Part shown: in pieces, positions 1-6,953 of the stretch
Layout: every line of letters starts with the position of its first letter
Numbering within the stretch: position 1 is the first letter of the stretch
Assembly (NCBI GenBank): GCA_046757165.1
Contig: JBHHXT010000086.1
Span: forward strand, 1 to 19,207
Length of the DNA: 19,207 bases
Source of the DNA: a bacterium
GTDB lineage: Bacteria; Zhuqueibacterota; Zhuqueibacteria; Oceanimicrobiales; Oceanimicrobiaceae
Reading direction: 5' to 3'
Notes under the pieces: model-generated
Database searches by the model: none
What the model was told of the DNA's origin: nothing
Seen by the model: the letters and a program-made list of their open reading frames with translations, nothing else
Made by a program: the position numbers and the translations under genes

Positions 1-11
1 CTGCTGAGACT

Positions 12-80
12 CGAAACGGAGTTTCGCAGGACATTGGGTTGCCAAACTTGGAGTTTGAGAACCAGCCGAAACCAGCCGAA
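12..80. repeat. REP-like palindromic element (probably the right half of an element that extends left of the window) plus a 10-bp tandem duplication
   Basis: Hairpin CGAAAC-GGA-GTTTCG (12-26); imperfect hairpin GGTT.gc.CAAACT-TGG-AGTTTG.ag.AACC (37-63); ACCAGCCGAA x2 (61-80). Confidence 0.6.
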
Positions 81-186
81 TGCGCGATCCCGCCGTCCAG
101 AGCTGTTGTCTTCCCACAACCAGTGTCGCTTGCCAGAGGTGAAAGTCTTTCGAGATTGGAGGGTGCTGTAGGAGATTACTGACCGG

Positions 187-215
187 AAAGTAACGATTGC
201 GCGCCACAAAGTCAA
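187..215 (-). promoter_or_regulatory. Putative sigma70 promoter for a divergent gene left of the window
   Basis: Minus strand TTGACT (215-210)-N17-TACTTT (192-187). Confidence 0.5.
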
Positions 216-239
216 GGAAATAAGCGCGGGGTGTCGGGA

Positions 240-257
240 TGTGACATTTGTATCACA
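240..257. promoter_or_regulatory. Palindromic operator candidate TGTGA-N8-TCACA
   Basis: TGTGA (240-244) and TCACA (253-257) in the divergent intergenic region. The spacer is 8, not the 6 of CRP/Rex. Confidence 0.3.
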
Positions 258-444
258 GGGAAAGGCGGGAGGCAAAGGCGACTGGAGCGCACAGTTTGCC
301 GGGGTGTGTTGGAGGCGTCAGCGGCTTTGATGTCGCGCCGATGCGAGCGGCAACGGTTTTTTCTCATGTTTAACGGAATGCATGGGCTCCTGCGAGGTAC
401 TATTACTGAGCATTTTTACATGGTTAGTATAAAGGAAGGTAGAA

Positions 445-3276
445 ATGGAATTCACCAACCGCCGCCGCGTCGGCAGCCTCTCGGTGTTGCCAATCTTGTG
501 TTTCCTGCTGAGCTTGTTGCCAAAGCCTGTTTTCACCCAATCACTTGTCATCAACGAGTTTTTGGCTTCCAATCGCCGGGGCACGCTGGATGAGGATGGT
601 GATTCCTCCGATTGGATTGAGCTTTACAATGCCGGCGACGAACCTGTGGAGCTGGCGGGTCTCGCGCTAACAGACGATGAGCAGCAGCCCGGGCGCTGGC
701 GATTTCCGCCTCGCACCCTTGCGCCGGGTGGCTATCTTCTGGTCTGGGCCTCGGGCAAAGATCGAAGTGGAGATGAGCTGCACAGCAATTTCAAGCTCAG
801 CGCCAGCGGTGAATTTGTCGGCCTTTACGCAGGGTCTGGTCAGCAAATTGACGGGGTCGGGTTTGACGTGCAGAAAGAGGATATCTCGATGGCTCGAATT
901 CCGGATGGCAGCGGCGGTTTCGAGCCGACAGCCGAGCCCACACCCGCCGCCCGCAATGTGCACAAGGTGCCCCCCGGCGATGCTCTGGTGTTCTCGCCGA
1001 CAAGCGGGTTCTTTGAGCACGCCGTGGACGTGACGCTCGCCAGCCCTCTCGAAGGGGTCACCATCCGCTTCACGACGAACGGCTCGAAAGTCCGGACTTC
1101 CAGCAGACAATATGACGCGCCCCTCACCCTTTCCGAAACGACCGTTATTCGAGCGCGAGCTTATTCGGGCACGACCCCTGTGAGTGAGGACATCAGCCAA
1201 ATCTATCTGATCGACTATCAGGGGACGCTGCCCGTGCTCTCTTATGCCACCGACGAAAGCAACCTCTTTGGCAAACGCGGCATTTTCGAGAACCCGAACA
1301 AGAGCGGCCGTGAATGGGAGCGGCCGGTGTCTGTGAATTTTGTCGAATTGGATGGCTCGGGTTTTCAGATCAATGCCGGCGTGCGGACACACGGCGGCCG
1401 TTCGCGCCGGCAGGGCTTTCCGAAGCTGTCGACCCGGCTGTATTTTCGCAGAGACTACGGTGAATCCAGGCTGCGCTATCGCCTCTTTGATTCTAAGAAA
1501 ATCGACCGGTTCGACCGCCTGGTCATCCATTCCGGCGGCTCCAGTGACCAGTTTCACAGGAAAGAAGGGGTCATCAACAAGCAGTGGTCGCTGATTCGGG
1601 ATCCGCTCAATCACACCCTGTGGCATGAGCATAACGGCGCTGTCTCTGCCTCGCGGCCCGTGGTCCTGTTTGTCAACGGCGACCCGTGGGGCATCTACCA
1701 TCTTCGGGAACGGGTGGAAGAGTTCTACCTGGAGAGCAACTACGGAATCACCGACGCAGATCTCTTGCGGCCAAACGATGAGAAGGTCAGGGTACAAGCC
1801 GGCGACAGGCGGGCCTGGAACAGAATGTTTTCCTTCTTTGAAAACCATGATTTGGACAGTGGGTCCAATTATGAAAGAGCGCGAGAACTGATCGATCTCG
1901 ACAACCTCATCGACTTCTTCGTATTCAACATTTATGCGGGTAATTGGGACATGCCGCACACGAACATCTATTTTTTCCGCGAGAGAGCAGCGAAGGCAAA
2001 ATGGCACTGGGTCATGTGGGACACTGATGTCAGCTATGGTTCGCAGGGCAGCGGATTGCCACCGTCCACCCGAACGCTGCGCTGGGCCACACGAGATGTC
2101 GTCGTGCAGGGCATCGCGGGCACGACGGATGAACCAGACCTGCTCTGGTCGACTTTGATTTTACGGCGGCTGCTCGATAATGATGATTTCAAGACCAGAT
2201 TCGTCAACCGCTTTGCCGATCTGATGAACACCACGCTCCATCCCGACCACATCGCCGGGGTCGTCGAGCAGATGGCGGACCGCCTGCGACCCAATATCCG
2301 GTTTGAAACGGACAAATGGCCGGGCGCGAAAGCTTCCGACTGGGAAAATGGCATCAAAACGATCAGGGAGTGGGCGGCGGACCGGCCACAGCACCAGCGC
2401 GACCATTTGCGTTCAGTCCTGAGAGTTGGTGCCGACCGAGAGGTGAATCTGGACCTTGCCTCAGGGCAGGGAAGAATCCGGATCAATTCGATCATGCCGG
2501 AGGCGTTCCCGTGGCAGGGGACTTACTTCACGAACGTTGCGATAGAATTGGAGGCGCTGCCGGCGGCTGGTTTCGAGTTTTCGCACTGGAGCGGCGCGAC
2601 CCCATCCGATGACCGCGTGGTTGAGCTCGAGCTGGACGACAACAAATCCATAACCGCTCACTTTGATCGAGCAGATGTTCCGCTGTCCCCCATCATTCAT
2701 TCATTCAACCCGGAAAGCGGCTCTTCAGGGTCAACAGTCACCATTGTGGGCGAGCATTTCGTGAACGTGACCTTCGTTGCCTTCAACGCCCGGGCCGCTG
2801 AGTTCAGCGTGCAATCTGAAACAGAGATTCAGGCTACGGTTCCGGACAGCGCCAGCACCGGCCCTGTGGCGGTGAAAACCGTCACAGATTCTGTGGTGAG
2901 CGAAACGTACTATGTTGTTCTGCAAGATTCGAGCGCAGAGGATTCGGTCGCCACCGGGATTTTGGATCCACGTTCGAGCGGCCGGGATAGGGTACCGGCG
3001 GCCTTCTCGGTCACCCTCGCGTATCCCAATCCCTTTAATGCTCGAACCACCATCGAATATGGGCTACCGCAGGAAGGGCACGTTAAGCTCGTGATTTACA
3101 ACCTGCTCGGTCAAGCGGTGCGCACGCTTGTCGATGAATTCCAGCTCGCCGGGTTTCAGGCAGTACGATGGGATGGTCAAGACCAGCGGGCAAGAACAAT
3201 CGGCTCGGGTGTCTATTTCGTCAGGCTGATTGCGGGCGGGCGGACAGTCACGCAGAAGATCTTGCTGCAGAAGTGA
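445..3276 (+). CDS. Secreted CotH kinase family protein (signal peptide, lamin-tail domain, Fn3-associated/chitobiase-C-like domain, CotH kinase, bacterial repeat, IPT/TIG, T9SS type A / FlgD-Ig C-terminal domain)
   Basis: 943 aa; AAGGAAGG RBS. Lamin tail: LVINEFLASN...SDWIELYN...HSNFKLS. Fn3-associated: IRFTTNGS...TTVIRARAY. CotH motifs: PKLSTRLYF, VNGDPWGIYHLRE, NWDMPHTN, WDTDVSYG. Bacterial repeat: PAAGFEFSHWSG. IPT: SFNPESGSSGSTVTIVGEHF. C-terminal domain: YPNPFN...IYNLLGQ...WDG...SGVYFVRL. Confidence 0.92.
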   Translation: MEFTNRRRVGSLSVLPILCFLLSLLPKPVFTQSLVINEFLASNRRGTLDEDGDSSDWIELYNAGDEPVELAGLALTDDEQQPGRWRFPPRTLAPGGYLLVWASGKDRSGDELHSNFKLSASGEFVGLYAGSGQQIDGVGFDVQKEDISMARIPDGSGGFEPTAEPTPAARNVHKVPPGDALVFSPTSGFFEHAVDVTLASPLEGVTIRFTTNGSKVRTSSRQYDAPLTLSETTVIRARAYSGTTPVSEDISQIYLIDYQGTLPVLSYATDESNLFGKRGIFENPNKSGREWERPVSVNFVELDGSGFQINAGVRTHGGRSRRQGFPKLSTRLYFRRDYGESRLRYRLFDSKKIDRFDRLVIHSGGSSDQFHRKEGVINKQWSLIRDPLNHTLWHEHNGAVSASRPVVLFVNGDPWGIYHLRERVEEFYLESNYGITDADLLRPNDEKVRVQAGDRRAWNRMFSFFENHDLDSGSNYERARELIDLDNLIDFFVFNIYAGNWDMPHTNIYFFRERAAKAKWHWVMWDTDVSYGSQGSGLPPSTRTLRWATRDVVVQGIAGTTDEPDLLWSTLILRRLLDNDDFKTRFVNRFADLMNTTLHPDHIAGVVEQMADRLRPNIRFETDKWPGAKASDWENGIKTIREWAADRPQHQRDHLRSVLRVGADREVNLDLASGQGRIRINSIMPEAFPWQGTYFTNVAIELEALPAAGFEFSHWSGATPSDDRVVELELDDNKSITAHFDRADVPLSPIIHSFNPESGSSGSTVTIVGEHFVNVTFVAFNARAAEFSVQSETEIQATVPDSASTGPVAVKTVTDSVVSETYYVVLQDSSAEDSVATGILDPRSSGRDRVPAAFSVTLAYPNPFNARTTIEYGLPQEGHVKLVIYNLLGQAVRTLVDEFQLAGFQAVRWDGQDQRARTIGSGVYFVRLIAGGRTVTQKILLQK

Positions 3277-3285
3277 GGGAGCAGG

Positions 3286-3424
3286 ATTCGCCGCGTGGGG
3301 GGCAAGACAGAAGAGAGGCTACAGGATGGTAAGCGAAAACGACGGCGCCGCTTGGCAGGAACGACAGCGTGGTTCTGTCTCGAACTTGGAATCTCTTCGC
3401 GTTCTTCGCGCCTTTGCGGTGAAT
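3286..3424. repeat. Degenerate inverted-repeat element with a 9-mer-period right arm between convergent genes; may act as a bidirectional terminator
   Basis: ATTCGCCGC (3286-3294)/GCGGTGAAT (3416-3424); AGACAGAA (3305-3312)/TTCTGTCT (3373-3380); CTTCGCGTT-CTTCGCGCC-TTTGCGGTG (3395-3421). Confidence 0.55.
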
Positions 3425-3436
3425 GAATTATTCAGG

Positions 3437-3865
3437 CTAAGCCAGCTCACTGCCGCTGGAAATGCTCCCTAACAGGCCCATCACACCGCGACCGTTTGCA
3501 TTTTCGACCACAATGAATTCCACCGAGTGATTCGTGGCACAATAGATGTGCTGAATCTGCGAGACCTGTTTCAAGGCTTTCATGACGCGAATCGGTTGTG
3601 CATTCTCCAGAAGCAGCACAAACGTTTGGCCGGCTCCGATACATTCCGCGTTTTTCCTCGCCAGACCAATCAAGGTATCATCGGTGCCGGTGGCTTTGAC
3701 GGAGTTCGGAACAGAGAGCACATTGAACGCCAGGCCAAACTTGATGCCTGGCACGGTGCCGACCAACGCCGCATGAATTTGGTCTATGGTCTCCGTCAAA
3801 TTCGACTGTCCAACAACCAGGTTGTGAGCACGGGGGTTCTCAACTCTAATCGTATGTAATGGCAT
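3437..3865 (-). CDS. Adenosine-specific kinase family (DUF355 / Adenosine_kin) protein; divergent, with conserved His residues substituted
   Basis: 142 aa with family-like segments NLVVGQS, VPGIKFGLAF, ARKNAECIGAGQTF, IYCAT and GRGVMGL; GGAGG RBS (3879-3875) 9 nt before the ATG. Confidence 0.85.
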   Translation of the reverse strand: MPLHTIRVENPRAHNLVVGQSNLTETIDQIHAALVGTVPGIKFGLAFNVLSVPNSVKATGTDDTLIGLARKNAECIGAGQTFVLLLENAQPIRVMKALKQVSQIQHIYCATNHSVEFIVVENANGRGVMGLLGSISSGSELA

Positions 3866-3934
3866 GATGCAGGGCCTCCATGCTAGAAATTGAAATGAAT
3901 CTACATTCAGGAAAGGAAGAAAAACGGTAAGAAT

Positions 3935-3963
3935 ATATTACAAAAAGTTAACTGCAAAGTCAA
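3935..3963 (-). promoter_or_regulatory. Putative sigma70 promoter of the DUF355-like gene
   Basis: Minus strand TTGACT (3963-3958)-N17-TAATAT (3940-3935). Confidence 0.6.
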
Positions 3964-4010
3964 CAACTAAATTGAGGATTTCAGCATCGCAGGAGTGTTG
4001 GAAGGAGTTT

Positions 4011-4070
4011 GGACGCCATTGGCGCCGCACAGCAAACACTTGTCTGTGGAATCAGCACCAGATGGCGTCC
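4011..4070 (-). terminator. 60-nt stem-loop 3' of rplS (terminator or 3' stabiliser; no U-tract)
   Basis: GGACGCCAT (4011-4019)/ATGGCGTCC (4062-4070), then a TGGTGC/GCGCCA helix whose G.U pair works only on the minus strand, and an inner CACAG/CTGTG helix. Confidence 0.45.
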
Positions 4071-4095
4071 GCAACCAGAGACGCTCGTCGGGGCG

Positions 4096-4437
4096 TTATC
4101 TCTTCTCAGCGATGCGGGCAGCCTTGCCTCTCAACCCGCGCAGGTAGTAGAGCTTGGCGCGCCGCACTTTGCCAGAGCGCAGTTTCACGATTTTGTCGAT
4201 ATTGGGGGAGTGCAGGGGAAAGATCCGTTCGACGCCAATGCCGTTTGAGATCTTGCGTACGGTAAAGGTCGCGTTGATGCCGCTCCCTTTCTTTTTGATG
4301 ACAACACCTTCAAACACCTGGATTCGTTCTTTGTCCCCCTCCCTCACTTTCGTATGGACCGCCAGCGTATCTCCGGCGATAAAATCGGGAAGATCTGTTT
4401 TCAGATCCCCGGCAACAAGTGCTTCTACTTTGTTCAT
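4096..4437 (-). CDS. rplS: 50S ribosomal protein L19
   Basis: [65 protein letters not shown]; canonical position after trmD. Confidence 0.99.
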   Translation of the reverse strand: MNKVEALVAGDLKTDLPDFIAGDTLAVHTKVREGDKERIQVFEGVVIKKKGSGINATFTVRKISNGIGVERIFPLHSPNIDKIVKLRSGKVRRAKLYYLRGLRGKAARIAEKR

Positions 4438-4544
4438 CTATGGTACCTCCATGCCGAATGGTTTTGTTCGTCGATTACCTTCTATTTGCTATGGTTCCAC
4501 ATCATCATGCATAATCGAGACGATTGCGACGGACCGTCACGCCT

Positions 4545-5225
4545 TCACACTTGCAGGTCTTTCCGGCGGCACTTTGTCCGTTCGATCGCCTGGTTTTTTC
4601 GCCACTTCTCTATTTCGGCATGATGCCCGGAGAGCAGGACTTCCGGCACTTTCATGCCCCGAAAATTTTCAGGTCTGGTGTAGTGTGGGCAATCCAACAG
4701 CCCATTTTCAAACGAATCTGATTTCGCTGAATCAAGATCGCCAATCGCGCCGGGCAAGAGACGGACAACGGAGTCTATCACCACGGCTGCCGGCAGCTCG
4801 CCCCCGGTCAGGATATAGTCACCGATCGAGATCTCCTCGGTGGCGAGGGACTCTCTTACGCGCTCATCGATTCCCTTGTAATGCCCACACAAGAAGATCA
4901 AATCGGTTTGTTTGGTCAATTCTTTTGCCTTTTGCTGCGTCAATTGTTTTCCCTGCGGCGTCATGAGCAAGATACTCGGATCATTTAGATTTTCCTCCTG
5001 CTTGATATGTTCCACCGCCCTGAAAAACGGCTCAGGCTTGAGAATCATCCCTGGTCCGCCGCCGTACGGGGTATCATCTATCTGGCGATGTCTGTCCTGC
5101 GCAAAATCCCGCAAGTCAACAATCTTAATTTCAACAAGCCTCTTTTCCTGCGCGCGTTTGATAATGCTTTCGCTCAGGGGGCCGTCAAACAGTCTTACAA
5201 AGGCAGTGACAACAAAGATTTTCAC
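4545..5225 (-). CDS. trmD: tRNA (guanine37-N1)-methyltransferase TrmD
   Basis: DDTPYGGGPGM, LCGHYKGIDERV, SIGDYILTGGELPA, LLDCPHYTRP, VPEVLLSGHH; GTG start. Confidence 0.99.
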   Translation of the reverse strand: MKIFVVTAFVRLFDGPLSESIIKRAQEKRLVEIKIVDLRDFAQDRHRQIDDTPYGGGPGMILKPEPFFRAVEHIKQEENLNDPSILLMTPQGKQLTQQKAKELTKQTDLIFLCGHYKGIDERVRESLATEEISIGDYILTGGELPAAVVIDSVVRLLPGAIGDLDSAKSDSFENGLLDCPHYTRPENFRGMKVPEVLLSGHHAEIEKWRKNQAIERTKCRRKDLQV

Positions 5226-5230
5226 GCCGG

Positions 5231-5752
5231 TTAATCCAACAACCCTGCAACGGGCGTTATGATGATCTCTTCGTTTTCCAGGTCCAGTTTTGTGACCACC
5301 ATCCTGGTCATGGGAATGAGGTATTCACGCTCCTCAGACCGGACCACCAACACATCGTTAGCTGTCACATCCATCACCTCTTCTACCCGTCCCAACACCT
5401 GACCGGAGACAGTCTTGACCTGGAGTCCGATGAGTTCAAAATGATAATATTCGCTTTCTCCCAGAGGGAGCAGGTCCTCCCGACTTATGTTCAGAAAGGC
5501 CCCCCGCAATGCCAGCGCCTCTTCTCGGGAGCCAATCCCTTCAAACGTAAGATAGACAAACTGGCCTCTGATCGCGACGTTGGTGATATTTAGCTCAAAA
5601 ACCTCCTGCGACGGAAGGTCAATTTGAATCTTCGAGAGTTCCTTGAATCTTGGGGGATAATGTGTTAAAGGCTGTACTTTGACTTCGCCTTCAATCCCAT
5701 GCGCTTTGACGATCTTGCCGACGGCGATATAATCGGGGTACCGCTTGCTCAC
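5231..5752 (-). CDS. rimM: Ribosome maturation factor RimM
   Basis: VGKIVKAHGIEGEVKV, EYYHFELIGLQV, ANDVLVV, LIP, C-terminal GLLD; GTG start; synteny. Confidence 0.97.
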   Translation of the reverse strand: MSKRYPDYIAVGKIVKAHGIEGEVKVQPLTHYPPRFKELSKIQIDLPSQEVFELNITNVAIRGQFVYLTFEGIGSREEALALRGAFLNISREDLLPLGESEYYHFELIGLQVKTVSGQVLGRVEEVMDVTANDVLVVRSEEREYLIPMTRMVVTKLDLENEEIIITPVAGLLD

Positions 5753-5767
5753 GGAATCGCAGACCGG

Positions 5768-5998
5768 CTACTCTAGAATTTCAAGCACGGCTCTCTTGCC
5801 GTTTTTCGCTGAGGCTGCAGCCAGGAGCGTTCTGAGTGATTTGGCGGTCTGTCCGTGTCGCCCGATTACCTTGCCCATATCACCTTCTCCAACACGCAGT
5901 TCAAACACGACGGTGCGCTCGCCATCGATTTCGTTGACCTTGACTTCGTTAGGGTGGTCGACCAGGTGTTGTACGATAAACTCAATGAACTCCTTCAT
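5768..5998 (-). CDS. khpA: KH-domain RNA-binding protein KhpA (UPF0109)
   Basis: 76 aa; LVDHP...ELRVGEGDMGKVIGRHGQTAKSLRTLL (GxxG KH loop); between rpsP and rimM; GGAGGT RBS. Confidence 0.96.
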   Translation of the reverse strand: MKEFIEFIVQHLVDHPNEVKVNEIDGERTVVFELRVGEGDMGKVIGRHGQTAKSLRTLLAAASAKNGKRAVLEILE

Positions 5999-6012
5999 GG
6001 GTCACCTCCATT

Positions 6013-6114
6013 TGAATGCGATCCTCATTCATTCCTCAGGGAATTGGAAGATGGGAAGTAACTTGAGATTTGACTTGCCTACCTTGTCAAAGGTTGCAAC
6101 AGTACTTTATTCCC
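6013..6114 (-). promoter_or_regulatory. Candidate structured RNA in the rpsP-khpA spacer
   Basis: Outer GGGAA/TTCCC helix (6053-6057/6110-6114); ACCTT/AAGGT hairpin (6081-6094); TTTGAC/GTCAAA complement (6069-6074/6086-6091); TGAATG/CATTCA hairpin (6013-6031) beside the SD. Confidence 0.3.
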
Positions 6115-6147
6115 AGGCCCTAACTGTGACTGTTCTGCGCGCTTACA

Positions 6148-6744
6148 TTATTCGGACGTCTCTTTCTTGTCTTCATCCTCCGCTTTGGTGTCCCCATTGT
6201 CAGGAGTCTGGTCTCGAGCTTTTTCCGCCTCGACATTATCATCCGGCGAGCTCTCCGGCGTTTCTGCAGAGGCCTCCGTTTCCGGCGCGATCTCTTGCGG
6301 TTGAGCCTGCGCCTGGGGTCCTTTCGCCTGCCCTTCTTTGCTTTCTTGTTTGGATTCCGCGGCTTCAGTTGTCTGTCCGCGCTTCTTTTGCTCGGCTAAC
6401 GCTTCGGAGCGCTTGCCGCGCTCCAACTGCACCATTTGCCACTTGCTCAATTCCTCCGCAACCACGGCATCATCTGCACCTTGCTTCATCAAATGCCACT
6501 TAAGGAGAACGCCTTTCCTCTTTAGAAAGCTCTTCACGGTATGGGAAGGAATCGCTCCGTGACCGAGCCAGTACAGGGCTCTCTCTTCGTTCACGGTTAC
6601 CGTAGCCGGGTCCGTGATGGGATCATACGTGCCCAGGTTTTCGAGGTACCGCCCGTCGCGAGCCGTTCTGGAATCGATGGCAACAATTCGATAGAATGGT
6701 CTTTTCTTCTTCCCCATTCTTCTCAAACGCAATTTTACCGACAA
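6148..6744 (-). CDS. rpsP: 30S ribosomal protein S16 with a long C-terminal extension
   Basis: VKLRLRRMGKKKRPFYRIVAIDSRTARDGRYLENLGTYDP, ALYWLGHGAIPSHTV; TTG start with AAGGAGGT RBS; about 115 extra residues. Confidence 0.98.
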   Translation of the reverse strand: MSVKLRLRRMGKKKRPFYRIVAIDSRTARDGRYLENLGTYDPITDPATVTVNEERALYWLGHGAIPSHTVKSFLKRKGVLLKWHLMKQGADDAVVAEELSKWQMVQLERGKRSEALAEQKKRGQTTEAAESKQESKEGQAKGPQAQAQPQEIAPETEASAETPESSPDDNVEAEKARDQTPDNGDTKAEDEDKKETSE

Positions 6745-6830
6745 TCTGAAACCTCCTTCAATTTGTTCCTAATACGTTGTGTCTTAATACCTGACGATTT
6801 TTTTTCTGTCGCTTTTTAGCAACACTTTTT

Positions 6831-6933
6831 TTTCGAGTTTCGTGTTTATGATTTCGAATTTCCGGCTTGTCCATCCCGCGCATTCTGCGGGGCTTGTCCG
6901 GGTTGGGTGTTATCAGTGCAAATCCGTGGCTAA
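6831..6933. repeat. Composite repeat remnant: 7-mer-period arm, 9-bp direct repeat around a mini-hairpin, and a 10-mer-family arm
   Basis: TTTCGAG-TTTCGTG-TTTATGA-TTTCGAA-TTTCCGG (6831-6865); GGCTTGTCC at 6864-6872 and 6891-6899 flanking CCCGC-GCATTCT-GCGGG; TTATCAGTGCAAATCCGTGGCTAA (6910-6933). Confidence 0.55.
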
Positions 6934-6953
6934 TATGTGGCGAGGGCAGAGGG

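Noticed and set aside
231..593. 120-aa and 88-aa ORFs overlapping the CotH start
   Set aside because: No motifs; they overlap the regulatory region and a well-supported gene.
667..2007. 446-aa antisense ORF
   Set aside because: Shadow of the CotH gene with no domain signature.
3975..4090. SRP RNA (ffs) candidate near the ffh operon
   Set aside because: The hairpin lacks the conserved CAGG..GNRA..AGCAG helix-8 motif.
6085..6090. TTGACA on the minus strand as an internal khpA promoter
   Set aside because: No plausible -10 element at 16-18 bp spacing.
4154..6503. 270-aa and 252-aa plus-strand ORFs
   Set aside because: Antisense to unambiguous rplS, trmD, khpA and rpsP genes; S/R/P-rich off-frame composition.
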